Assembly (NCBI GenBank): GCA_963667465.2
Contig: CAXXDN010000002.1
Location: 1,728,001-1,792,000 of the forward strand
Direction: 5' to 3'
Origin: Dehalococcoidia bacterium
Lineage (GTDB): Bacteria; Chloroflexota; Dehalococcoidia; UBA2979
DNA: 64,000 nt
Below the pieces are notes generated by a model. That model saw nothing but the letters and a program-made list of their open reading frames with translations, ran no database searches and had not been told where the DNA came from. This document shows, in pieces, positions 9,008 to 18,180 of the stretch. The translations under genes and the position numbers were made by a program. How positions within the stretch are numbered: the first letter of the stretch is position 1; each line of letters opens with the position of its first letter.

Positions 9008-11435
9008 CTCGCTGACCATCACTGACTTCCGCGGCATTCGCCACCTCTCGATCCCGCTCGAGGGACGAAGCGCCGTAATCTGGGGTGATAACGGGGTCGG
9101 GAAGAGCGGGGTCGTCGACGCCGTGGACTTCCTCTTGCGCGGCGATGTAACGAGACTGTCCGGGCGCGGTGCGGGCGGACTGTCGCTCCTGCGGCACGGC
9201 CCACACGTCCGCACAAAACCGGAGCACGCCCGGGTCGACGCCGAGGTGATCCTGGACGATGGCGCAACACACCAAGTCAGCCGCTCGGTATCTCAACCCA
9301 ACGCGCTCGTAGCTGATCCGGCAGTCTCTCCAGAGTTCCTCCGCGTGTCAGGCCGCGGACAACACCTTCTGACTCGCCGAGATATCTTGTCCGTAGTCAC
9401 CGTTCCTCCAGGCGACCGCGGTGCCCAAATCAACGAACTCCTCAACCTGTCACCGATCGAGCAGGTCCGCAAGCAGCTTGTCACCTTGCGGAACGCCGGC
9501 AAGACCGCTGACACCGCGGCAAGCGATCGAGTCGCGCAGCAGCGCATGCGCCTGGCGGCGATATCACACGTTCCGGCTTACGACCATGACGCCATCGTTG
9601 GGGCCATCAATGAACAACGCCAACTGCTTGCCCTCGAACCGATCGCCACTCTCGATGATGATGCCGCGGCAGGGGCTCCTCCAACGCGACCACTCGACGA
9701 AGCTGCCGCAAGGCGGGTTACCGCGCGCACGGCAGTAAGCACTCTTGCAGAGCTACTCGTCGACTCTCAACTACTCGCGGACGTCCGGCGCGACTTCCAG
9801 GACGCGTGTGAAGCATCCGACAGCCTCATGGCAATCGTCGACCACGAGCGAATCCTGTCTCTCGCGGCCGTGGTGGACGGGGGGATATCGCTCCTTGACG
9901 GGACCGGCATGTGCCCACTTTGCGACACACAGTGGGACGCGGGACGCCTCGCCGACCACCTCAACCGGAAGCATGACACGACCCGCACAGTGCGAGAAGC
10001 TAAGCAGAAGATCGCAGATGCCGCCGAGCGCCTGCGCACACGCTTAAATGGCGTTGCAGCGCGTACGTCAGCTGCTCTCGATGCTGTGGCCGAAATGGAT
10101 CCCGCGGTCTTACCCCAATGGTTCTCCGAATGGAACAGGACACTTGGCCAAACGGTGGCGGCGTTGGCCGATCCCATTGACGCGCTTTCAACCGTTGAGC
10201 AGCGCGTAGTGATTGCTGCGGCGATAGTGCCCGACGAATCGTTGGCGCAGCGCTTCGCTGACTTCGCCGCCGCCATTCCGATAGAACAGGAGCCGCAGGC
10301 CCGCACTCAGGCACGCGAGCAACTGATCCGGACTGATCAAGAAGTCCGGAATCTCCGGGATGCCGAGACGGAGACAAGTGCTGCTCGGCGGCTTGCCACG
10401 AGTGCAACACTACTACACGACAGCTTCCTTGCGTCGCGCGATGAGGTACTGCACGAACTCTACGATGCAGTTCGGGATCGGTTCGTCGAGCTCTACCGCT
10501 TCCTTCACCCAGAGGAAGCAGAATCCTTCGCCGCCGACCTCGGGCCGGACCAACGCGGGGGAGTCGACCTCGCTGTCGACTTCCACGCGGTGGGACGGTA
10601 TTCCCCTAACGCCGTCCACAGCGAAGGCCACCAAGACAGCATGGGGCTATGCCTCTTCCTCGCGCTTGCGGAAGTCCTCACCGGTGGCGCTGCCCCTGAC
10701 CTACTCTTGCTCGACGATGTCGTCATGTCCGTTGACATGGATCACCGGGCCAAGGTCGCGGAGCTGCTGAAGGTCCACTTTCCAACCACCCAGTTCATCC
10801 TCACCACTCACGATCGCGCGTGGGCGAGCTACCTCCAGTCATCCGGCGTCATTCGCCCTGCTGATCGATGGGAGTTCCGTACATGGAATCTAGAGAGCGG
10901 ACCGTCCGTAGGCAGGGCGGTGGATGTTTGGACTCGAATCGAAAGCCAGCTCGATGACGCAGACGTGCCCGCAGCAGCCGAGACCCTGCGCCGCCATGTC
11001 GAAGAAACACTCTTCAACGTCTGCGATGCGATTCGTGCACCGGTTCGCCTGCGCGCAACCGCCCAGTACCAAGCTGGGGATCTCGCTGGACCAGCGTTTG
11101 AGACACTCAAGACGCTGATCACGAAAGGCATCCGTCGAGCGCAAGACTTGAATAACGTCTCGGCGATTCAGCGGCTTGAGGATCGCCAAGCCGCGCGCGC
11201 TCGTGCGCACACTGAGATGAAGATTCACGAGTGGTCCGTCAACGCCCAGATACACTGGAACGAACTCTTGCGCTTGTCGGCAGCGGAATTCCGGCTCGTT
11301 ACCGCCACCTATCGAGAAGCGCTAGCACTCTTTGGGTGCGAGCTTTGCCACAGTCCCATCCATTTGCTTGTTGACGGAGGAGGCCGGCCAAGCGCCGTCC
11401 AGTGTCACTGCGCGAGCGTCGCTTGGGCCCTGTAG
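8997..11435 (+). CDS. SMC/Rad50-like ABC ATPase with zinc hook and C-terminal extension
   Basis: Walker A GDNGVGKS; coiled coils around CPLC; signature HSEGH; Walker B LLLLDD; TTHD; C-terminal CELC...CHC. Confidence 0.88.
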   Translation: MKISSLTITDFRGIRHLSIPLEGRSAVIWGDNGVGKSGVVDAVDFLLRGDVTRLSGRGAGGLSLLRHGPHVRTKPEHARVDAEVILDDGATHQVSRSVSQPNALVADPAVSPEFLRVSGRGQHLLTRRDILSVVTVPPGDRGAQINELLNLSPIEQVRKQLVTLRNAGKTADTAASDRVAQQRMRLAAISHVPAYDHDAIVGAINEQRQLLALEPIATLDDDAAAGAPPTRPLDEAAARRVTARTAVSTLAELLVDSQLLADVRRDFQDACEASDSLMAIVDHERILSLAAVVDGGISLLDGTGMCPLCDTQWDAGRLADHLNRKHDTTRTVREAKQKIADAAERLRTRLNGVAARTSAALDAVAEMDPAVLPQWFSEWNRTLGQTVAALADPIDALSTVEQRVVIAAAIVPDESLAQRFADFAAAIPIEQEPQARTQAREQLIRTDQEVRNLRDAETETSAARRLATSATLLHDSFLASRDEVLHELYDAVRDRFVELYRFLHPEEAESFAADLGPDQRGGVDLAVDFHAVGRYSPNAVHSEGHQDSMGLCLFLALAEVLTGGAAPDLLLLDDVVMSVDMDHRAKVAELLKVHFPTTQFILTTHDRAWASYLQSSGVIRPADRWEFRTWNLESGPSVGRAVDVWTRIESQLDDADVPAAAETLRRHVEETLFNVCDAIRAPVRLRATAQYQAGDLAGPAFETLKTLITKGIRRAQDLNNVSAIQRLEDRQAARARAHTEMKIHEWSVNAQIHWNELLRLSAAEFRLVTATYREALALFGCELCHSPIHLLVDGGGRPSAVQCHCASVAWAL

Positions 11436-11489
11436 GCCGTGCCTGCGTCGCTGAGCATCAAGCCTGTGCCTGCGGTGAGGGGGCAACGT

Positions 11490-11640
11490 GCCTGTGTGCG
11501 GCGGACGACGCGGCGCGATTCAGGCGCCACGCCTGCTCGTCGACGCGCTCCCGGAGGCGCGCATCCTGCCTACGTCCGTCGCCGGTGACCTGATCGGCGG
11601 CTCGCTACGGGCGACGAGCAGGCTGACCTGACCCCTCGTG
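11490..11640 (+). pseudogene. degenerate fic fragment (HTH region)
   Basis: RLLVDALPEARILPTSVAGDLIGGSLRATS versus Fic RLLIDTLPEAPVLTASVAADLIGRSQRATS. Confidence 0.75.
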
Positions 11641-11996
11641 CGCAAGGCCGGGCTGGTACGTTCCCGCGACCTCGAGTCGGCGGGCGTTCCAGGAGGCTCC
11701 CTCGCGCAGCTGGCACGCAGAGGTCTGCTGGAGAGGCTCGGCCGTGGCCTGTATGCGCTGCCCGATGCCGCACCAAATGAGCACCGCTCGCTCGCGGAGG
11801 TCTCGAAGCGGACGCCACGAGGGGTTGTCTGCCTGCTCTCGGCGCTGCGGTCCATGGTCTCACTACGCAGGCGCCGGCCGAGGTCTGGCTGTCAACAGCG
11901 CTCGGAAAGTGATCCAGGTCAGCGGCCGGATGGTGATCCACTCCGGTGCGATGATCCCTGCTGGCGTTCCTGGTGCTGATTCCTTCGTGGATCAGG

Positions 11997-12747
11997 TCAG
12001 GTCTGTGTTCTGTGGCGGGTCCGGTAGGAAGCGCCGCGCGTCGTGAGGATCTGAGCGTGGTGCCCGAGGCGGTCGAGCAACGCCGTGGTGAGCTTCTCGT
12101 CGCCGAAGACCTGCACCCACTCGCTGAAGGCGAGGTTGGTGGTGACGATCGTCGAGCGCCGCTCGTAGCGGTCGGCGAGGAGGTTGAAAGAGGAGCTCTC
12201 CGCCGGCGCGCTCGAAGGGCACGAAGCCGAGCTCGTCGACGATCAGCAGCGCCACACGCAGGTAGCGCTGGTGCAGCCGCGAGAGCGTGAGCTCGTCGCG
12301 CGCCTCGACCAGCTCGCGCACGAGGTCGGCCGCGCGCACGAAGGCGACGCGGTGGCGGCGGCGGGCGGCCTCGACGCCGAGCGCGATCGCGAGGTGCGTC
12401 TTGCCGGTGCCGATCGGCCCGGCGATGACGATGTCCTCGGCGCGCTCGATGTACTCGCAGGCGGCAAGCTGGGCGAGCTGCGGCCGTGCGACGCCCTGCA
12501 AGGCATCCCAGTCGAGCTGCTCGAAGGTCTTGAGGTCGGGGAAGCGCGCCTGGCGCAGCAGGCGCGCCACGGCGCTGTCGCGGCGGGCCAGCACCTCGGC
12601 CTCGAGCAGCTGCACGAGGAACTCCTCGTAGTCCCAGCCGTGCTGCGTCGCCTCGCGCACGAGCTCGGGGTAGGAGCGGCGCACCGTGGGCAGCTTCAGC
12701 TCCCGGCAGTGCGCCTCGATGACGGCCGCGCGCGCCACCTCGCTCAC
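11997..12747 (-). CDS. istB: IS21 helper ATPase IstB (one extra base near 12188)
   Basis: [11 protein letters not shown] and LLIVDELGF; the correct C-terminus TTNLAFSEW...ALLDRL lies in the shifted frame. Confidence 0.9.
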
Positions 12748-14204
12748 GGCGCCGCCGCAACGAGCAGCCGGTCGTAGACGGAGGCCGGAGTGCGCTCGAC
12801 CTCGTAGCCGCGCAGCGCCTCGGGCACCGTCACCGCCGCCTGGGCCTGCGCCGCAGCGAACAGGCGCTGCACGGCGAGCTCGTCGAATGACCCGCCGGCG
12901 AGCGCCTGCTCCAGCACCTCGCGCACCCGCTGCTCGCCGTGCTCGTCCACGGACCGCAGCAGCCGCGCGAGGGTGCGCGCCCCCTCCTGGGCGCCCTGCT
13001 CGCGCTCCAGTCGCGTCCAGAGCCGCCCGAAGGGCTCGCCCAGCGCCGCGACCAGCTCGGGCGCCACCTGCCGCACCGCCTGGGGCTTGCGCGCCAGCTC
13101 GGCGAGGTAGTGCCGGTAGTCCACCCGGCGGCCGCCGAAGCGCTGCCGCGGGTGTACGACCTCCTCGCCGCGGCAGCGCAGCGTCAGCTCGTCGGTGCCG
13201 ATCAGCGCCGTTGCCCGCAGGCCCGCCCAGCGGCTCGGCGCCGAGTACCAGGCCCCCTCGACGCGCACCAGCGCACTGCGGCTCACCGCGACATCCCGCA
13301 CCCGCCGCGCCTCGAACGCGACAGCGGGCTCGGGGCGCAGCAGTGGCCCTTCCTCGGCGAAGCGCTCGCGCACCCGCGGCGCGGCGTGGCGGTCGACCTC
13401 CCCCTGCAGCAAGTCCGAGAGCGCGGCCAGCGAGTCGCCGCGCGGGATCGGCGTGAGGTGCTGCAGCCGCACACCCCTGCCGCGCGCCTCGACCCCGCCC
13501 TTGTCGTGGCCCTCGCCGGGCCGCGCGAAGCAGGGCTCGTACAGGTAGTGGCTGACCAGCGCCTCAAAGCGCTCGGTGAGCCGGCGCCTGGGGAACTGCA
13601 CGCGCTGTACCGCCGCTGCGAGGTTGTCGTAGACGATGCGCGCGGGCACCCCGCCGAAGTGGGCGAACGCCCGTACGTGGCCGTCGAGGAAGGCGATCTG
13701 GTCCTGGCGGTCGTAGAGCCGGACGAAGTCGCGGCCCGAGTACATCAGCCGCATGAGGAACTTCCAGGCCTTGCGGCGCTCGCCGCCCACCTCGACGGTG
13801 ACCTCGAAGAAGTCGACCTGGGCCTCGTCGCCCGGGCGGTGCACCAGCGGTACGAAGACCTCGGCGCGCTGCCGTCGCCACTCCCGCAGGTAGCCGCGCA
13901 CCAGCGTCACCCCGACCTCGTAGCCCTCCTCGCACAGCTGGCGGTGCAGCCTGGTCGCCGTCAGCCGCTGCTTCGGCGTCGTGCGCCCCGACCACTCCTC
14001 CAGCAGCTCGTCGAGTCGCGGCTGCACCCGTTCGAGCACCGGCTTCCTGCGTGGCTCGCGCTCGACCCGCACCGGCTCGGCCAGCGTCAGGTAGCGCCGC
14101 ACGGTGTTGCGGCTGATGCCCAGCTCCCGGGCGACCTGCCGCCGGCTCAGCCCCTCGACCAGCACCTTGTGCCGCAGCACGTGCACGTCTTGCACTCGGA
14201 GCAT
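12744..14204 (-). CDS. istA: IS21 transposase IstA
   Basis: HTH (LGISRNTVRRYL); DDE motifs QVDF, YDN, KGGVE. Confidence 0.93.
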   Translation of the reverse strand: MLRVQDVHVLRHKVLVEGLSRRQVARELGISRNTVRRYLTLAEPVRVEREPRRKPVLERVQPRLDELLEEWSGRTTPKQRLTATRLHRQLCEEGYEVGVTLVRGYLREWRRQRAEVFVPLVHRPGDEAQVDFFEVTVEVGGERRKAWKFLMRLMYSGRDFVRLYDRQDQIAFLDGHVRAFAHFGGVPARIVYDNLAAAVQRVQFPRRRLTERFEALVSHYLYEPCFARPGEGHDKGGVEARGRGVRLQHLTPIPRGDSLAALSDLLQGEVDRHAAPRVRERFAEEGPLLRPEPAVAFEARRVRDVAVSRSALVRVEGAWYSAPSRWAGLRATALIGTDELTLRCRGEEVVHPRQRFGGRRVDYRHYLAELARKPQAVRQVAPELVAALGEPFGRLWTRLEREQGAQEGARTLARLLRSVDEHGEQRVREVLEQALAGGSFDELAVQRLFAAAQAQAAVTVPEALRGYEVERTPASVYDRLLVAAAP

Positions 14205-14652
14205 CCCTTCCCCCAGCCCTCCGCGGCCCCGCCGCTGGAGATGCTGGGACACGCCCCGAGGTGGATCACCATCCGAGCGCTGTTTGGATCAGTTTCCGAG
14301 CGATGACTTCAGCTGGCTGGCGATCGGCCCAAAGGATCGGGCCCCGAGGGAGCACAGCGTGCACCTGCGGATCGTGCGCGTCTCGGGCGAGGCGCGCGAC
14401 GCCGGCGTCGAAACCCACGTCGTCGAGGGAGTGCCCGTGCGCCTCTTACGCCGCAGCGAAGACCGTGGCGGATTGCTTCAAGTTCAGGAACAAGATCGGC
14501 ACGGACATCGCTGTCGAGGCGCTGCGCGACTGCCTCGGTCAGCGCCGCTGCACCGCCGACGAGATCTTCGAGTACGCACGCGTGTGCCGCGTCTCCCGCG
14601 TGATGCGCCCCTACATGGAGGCGCTCGCCTGAGTCCAGAGCGTTCGCCGGTA

Positions 14653-14790
14653 CTACGGGCGCCTGCGCGTCACGCGGCTGATCGGCTCCGAGACGAGGGT
14701 GTCTCCCTCGGGGCTCGCGAACTGCCGCTCCAGCGCCGTGAACGCCTCGATGAGCTCGGGGGCCTCGGACGCACGGTTTCGCCACCAGCC
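14653..14790 (-). pseudogene. fic 3'-terminal fragment including its stop codon
   Basis: RNRASEAPELIEAFTALERQFASPEGDT versus Fic RNRAFEAPELIDAFTAFERGLASPEGDT. Confidence 0.85.
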
Positions 14791-14865
14791 CGATCGGCGC
14801 GGAGGCTTCTATTTCATCGACGCTGCCTCTTTAGGGTGCCACCGACTTACGAGTCCCGAACCACG

Positions 14866-17172
14866 TCAGGAATTGAGCCAGGGCGCTACCTGCGCCCAAG
14901 CTAGACTCAGAATATTCCTCGTCCGGTTCTGTATGATCTCGTCGGTCCACTCGTCCACCGCGACGACCGGATCGAGCAGGTGCAGCCTCTCCTGACCGCG
15001 CAACAAGTTCTCTGTCTTTCTGCCGAATCCGTATCCAGCCCTTTTTGCTTCTTCCAGGAAGCCCTCGCGCTCACCGCTATCCTTAGAAGCAAGGGCCGCA
15101 TAGAACGCCTGCTTCTTCGACCAGGGCGCGTTTCCTATCGCCTGGTTCTCCTTTTCTGGAAGCAGAATGAGGTTGCCCAATAGGTTCCGAGTGATCTGAC
15201 GTCGGTATATCTCCGCCTGCCACCCAGCGCCAGGATCGCTCTGGGGTGCGACGTGTTCAACAGTCGCGTACTTAGTCTCGACCCAATTCCCATGGGTGAA
15301 AAAGACAATGTCAGACCCCGGAATAACATTCTCCGTCGTGAGCATGCCAGGCTGGCTATCGTCGCGGCGCGCATTGTGGTGGGCGGCGAATAGCAGGAAG
15401 CGATTCAATGCTTGTGGGGCGCGCGCTCCGAGGTCTACCTCCGCCGCCTTGTCTCGCCATGCGTCCTCGTTCTCCAGATCGATATCTTGACGCAGCAGGA
15501 GCCACCGCAACTCGGCCTGCAGCTCCTCCACGGTCATGACATCATTACTCTGCGTCACTCCAGCGCAAAGAGGATGACCGCCCGTCGCCGGTTGGTCCTT
15601 CATGAGCTTTCGGAAGTCGCTATCGATCCCGGCCGTTCCGGCCGTAGTAGCACGCCTGATGGCGAGAAATGCTGCGACCGCCTTCGTAGCGCGCAGGAAC
15701 GACCTGCCGCTATCGCCATCCCCATGATGAACCCAGTACCGCGCGAGTATAGGTATTGCCAACGTAGTGTTCGTATCTGCGATGAAGCGGAGGCAGAGCC
15801 TTAGCATGTCGGAGTCGGCTGGGCCGAGCGCACTGACTCCAAGGGCGTCTATCGCTGCCACGTCCCAATATTGTGCTCGGAACTCAGCGACACGCGCTAG
15901 CCCAGCAACCAGTGCTCTGGCATTCTCAATACGCGATTGCTCCGCTCGCCGGAACCTGTCCCGCAAGTAGTATCTCTGACTAGCCGCATCCAGCGGGAGC
16001 TTGGAGCCGTCCAAATACAAGGCAAACGATGTCAAGAGTCGCTTAGATTCGTTCTGGCGTCTCGAGGGATCGGGGTACTTTGACTTCAGCGTCCCTTCCA
16101 GCTCATCCCACCGCTTCTGTGATACCGAACCAAAATATCCATCTCCTCCCCGATTCTCGAGATCCGCCACACGCGGCTTGAATGTCTCCAGCGCCGTGAG
16201 GGGCTCGCCTGTCGTGTTGAGGGAATCGAACATGTCCCACGCATATTCCTCGTCCTGCGACTCTACTCTCGTAAGAACAACTCGCTGCATAAAATATGAA
16301 CTGAACAGCAACAACCTGGCAAGACCTTCGCAGATGCTCGATCCTGTTGTCAGCTCGACCTGATGGTCCCGTATCTGTTGCGATGTCTCGTCTAGCCTTC
16401 TCCAGAGTGCGACGTAGCCAAGGCGATTGAAACTTGTGCGCTCGACGGTGCTAACGGCAATGGGTCCGTCGTCATTCTTGAATTTGTTCTGGTACAGATA
16501 GTCAGAAAGACGCTGACTTACGAGTCCATAGGTAGACAGTAAGTGATCGGAGGCAGGCCCCGGTAACGCCTTGGGTGGAAAGGTGGCCAGAGGGTTCGAT
16601 GAATATGTCTCAAAAGCTGTTATGAAACGAGCGATTGGCGATTGGTATTCCGACTCATGAGATCTGCCGCGGCGGTCTTCCATACGGACGAGGCGGGGGT
16701 AGAAGACATCGCCTTCGAGTCCATGGATCTGCCCAAGGGCGCATTGCCTAAGCGAAACTAGCTGGCGGTCGCATTCGGCGTTTAGCCAGTCGTGGAGCTC
16801 TAAGTCAGAGTCATCGATGTCGTTCCTGTGTGCTGTGATGAGCTGAAAGAGAGAACACGCCGTGAGAATCAGAGAGGTAAGCCTCTGCTGGCCGTCAATG
16901 ACCCAGAGTGATACTCCGTCAAAAGTGGATTCACGCCCTCCTCGTGTTAGGATAATGCTCCCTAAGAAGGTGAATCCCTGCTTGCCGGGTTGGGCGAGGC
17001 GTGAGAAGCCATTAAGACAGTCTTCAAGGAGTCGCTCGATGTTGTCACGGTCCCAAGTGTATTCGCGCTGGTATTCGGGGACCTTATAACCAGCAGAGCT
17101 GTTGTGCGCCATAAACGTTTCCCAAAGGCTACTGGTTTGCGCTTCGAACAGATCCTTAGCCTCAAGGTTCAT
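14866..17172 (-). CDS. sspE: DUF262 + DUF1524(HNH) protein, SspE-type effector
   Basis: PEYQREYTW, IDGQQRL, FDSLNTTG, VEHVAPQ, LGNLILL...N; downstream of sspBCD. Confidence 0.85.
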   Translation of the reverse strand: MNLEAKDLFEAQTSSLWETFMAHNSSAGYKVPEYQREYTWDRDNIERLLEDCLNGFSRLAQPGKQGFTFLGSIILTRGGRESTFDGVSLWVIDGQQRLTSLILTACSLFQLITAHRNDIDDSDLELHDWLNAECDRQLVSLRQCALGQIHGLEGDVFYPRLVRMEDRRGRSHESEYQSPIARFITAFETYSSNPLATFPPKALPGPASDHLLSTYGLVSQRLSDYLYQNKFKNDDGPIAVSTVERTSFNRLGYVALWRRLDETSQQIRDHQVELTTGSSICEGLARLLLFSSYFMQRVVLTRVESQDEEYAWDMFDSLNTTGEPLTALETFKPRVADLENRGGDGYFGSVSQKRWDELEGTLKSKYPDPSRRQNESKRLLTSFALYLDGSKLPLDAASQRYYLRDRFRRAEQSRIENARALVAGLARVAEFRAQYWDVAAIDALGVSALGPADSDMLRLCLRFIADTNTTLAIPILARYWVHHGDGDSGRSFLRATKAVAAFLAIRRATTAGTAGIDSDFRKLMKDQPATGGHPLCAGVTQSNDVMTVEELQAELRWLLLRQDIDLENEDAWRDKAAEVDLGARAPQALNRFLLFAAHHNARRDDSQPGMLTTENVIPGSDIVFFTHGNWVETKYATVEHVAPQSDPGAGWQAEIYRRQITRNLLGNLILLPEKENQAIGNAPWSKKQAFYAALASKDSGEREGFLEEAKRAGYGFGRKTENLLRGQERLHLLDPVVAVDEWTDEIIQNRTRNILSLAWAQVAPWLNS

Positions 17173-17341
17173 GACGACCCCCGCGGTGCTAGGACATCTG
17201 AAACGACGTCAAGGGGTTGAACCTGAGAACCACTGGGAATCGTTGAAGACGTTCGTGAGCGGGGGATGACGCGTTGCTGCCCGCGCGCCGCACCTGTGTC
17301 GTCACGCATTGGTCCAGGTTCTCCGCGGTCCGGCGAAGAGC

Positions 17342-18169
17342 TCACTTGTGGCACGCAATGCAGACCTTCGTTTGCCCGTAGAGCTCATCGATGTCGATGG
17401 GTTCATCGTCCGGACGGAGTGGGTTGGCCTGCCGTGTCGCCCGAATTTTCGTCAGCCGCTGCTCGTGATCCTGCCTGATTTGCTCCACCCGTTCAGGCTG
17501 CGTCAACTCGTCCAGTGACTCACCGTAGCTCCACGTGAAGGGGGATCCATCGTCGAGGGCAGTCTTCTCGTAGCGGCGCGCTTCCTCAAAGAAGTCTGGG
17601 TGGCGTTCCTTCAGTCGCACCCACTCGATCTTCTGCTGGAAGAAGCAGAACGTGCAGCCGCTGCGCGTCCGCCATTCGTAGTAGGCCGGCAGTCCCAGGC
17701 CGACGCCGTCGAGTATCTCCAGGACGCCCGCCTTGTCGACGCCCGCATCCTTCAGCGGCAGTCTGACTATGAGGCGGTCGTGCTTGGAAGCATAGCCCTC
17801 TCTGTACTCCTCGTCGGCACGGATGGCGACGTAGCTGAACACGGTGTGGCCGTCCTCGAGCATGGGCGCGACCCAGCGCTCGAACGGGCGGATCTTCAGC
17901 TGGCGGGTGCACCAACGGGTCTGCGGAGAGGGTAGGAAGTTGTTGTACTGCTTGAGCCAGAAGTCGAAATTCCGGTCCGGGTTCAGGCGAGTGATGGGCT
18001 TGCCGAGGAAGCCCTCGAGCTGTGCGAGGAAATCATAGACCTCGGGCAGCTCCTTCCCGGTGTCGGTGAAGAAGTAGTCGACGTCGATTTCCGGGTGGTG
18101 CTCGCGCATGTAGACCGCGAGGGCCGCGCTGTCGCGACCACCAGAAAGTCCGAGCACGTGACGTTCCAT
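17342..18169 (-). CDS. sspD: PAPS-reductase-family protein SspD
   Basis: PP-loop SGGRDS; DTGKELPE; RWCTRQLK; RSGCTFCFFQ. Confidence 0.9.
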   Translation of the reverse strand: MERHVLGLSGGRDSAALAVYMREHHPEIDVDYFFTDTGKELPEVYDFLAQLEGFLGKPITRLNPDRNFDFWLKQYNNFLPSPQTRWCTRQLKIRPFERWVAPMLEDGHTVFSYVAIRADEEYREGYASKHDRLIVRLPLKDAGVDKAGVLEILDGVGLGLPAYYEWRTRSGCTFCFFQQKIEWVRLKERHPDFFEEARRYEKTALDDGSPFTWSYGESLDELTQPERVEQIRQDHEQRLTKIRATRQANPLRPDDEPIDIDELYGQTKVCIACHK

Positions 18170-18180
18170 ACTGGCGCTCC

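Larger units (their letters stand above)
11890..14311 (-). mobile_element. IS21-family insertion sequence (about 2.4 kb)
   Basis: TG...CA ends; terminal IRs TGTCAACAGCGCTCGGAAAGTGATCCA / TGAAGTCATCGCTCGGAAACTGATCCA; internal GTGATCCA repeats; near-duplicated flanks (TCTGGC/GCTGGC); istA+istB. Confidence 0.93.
11638..14632 (+). pseudogene. type IV TA AbiEi-family antitoxin interrupted by IS21
   Basis: 5' half LLERLGRGLY...VCLLSAL...HGLTTQAPAEVW; 3' half LAIGPK...KTVADCFKFRNKIG...VMRPYMEAL; extra frameshifts near 11850 and 14447. Confidence 0.85.

Noticed and set aside
3715-14640. 11-bp CTGAGTCCAGA after both the RES and abiEi genes as an att-like repeat
   Set aside because: Too short to exclude chance, and no extended similarity.
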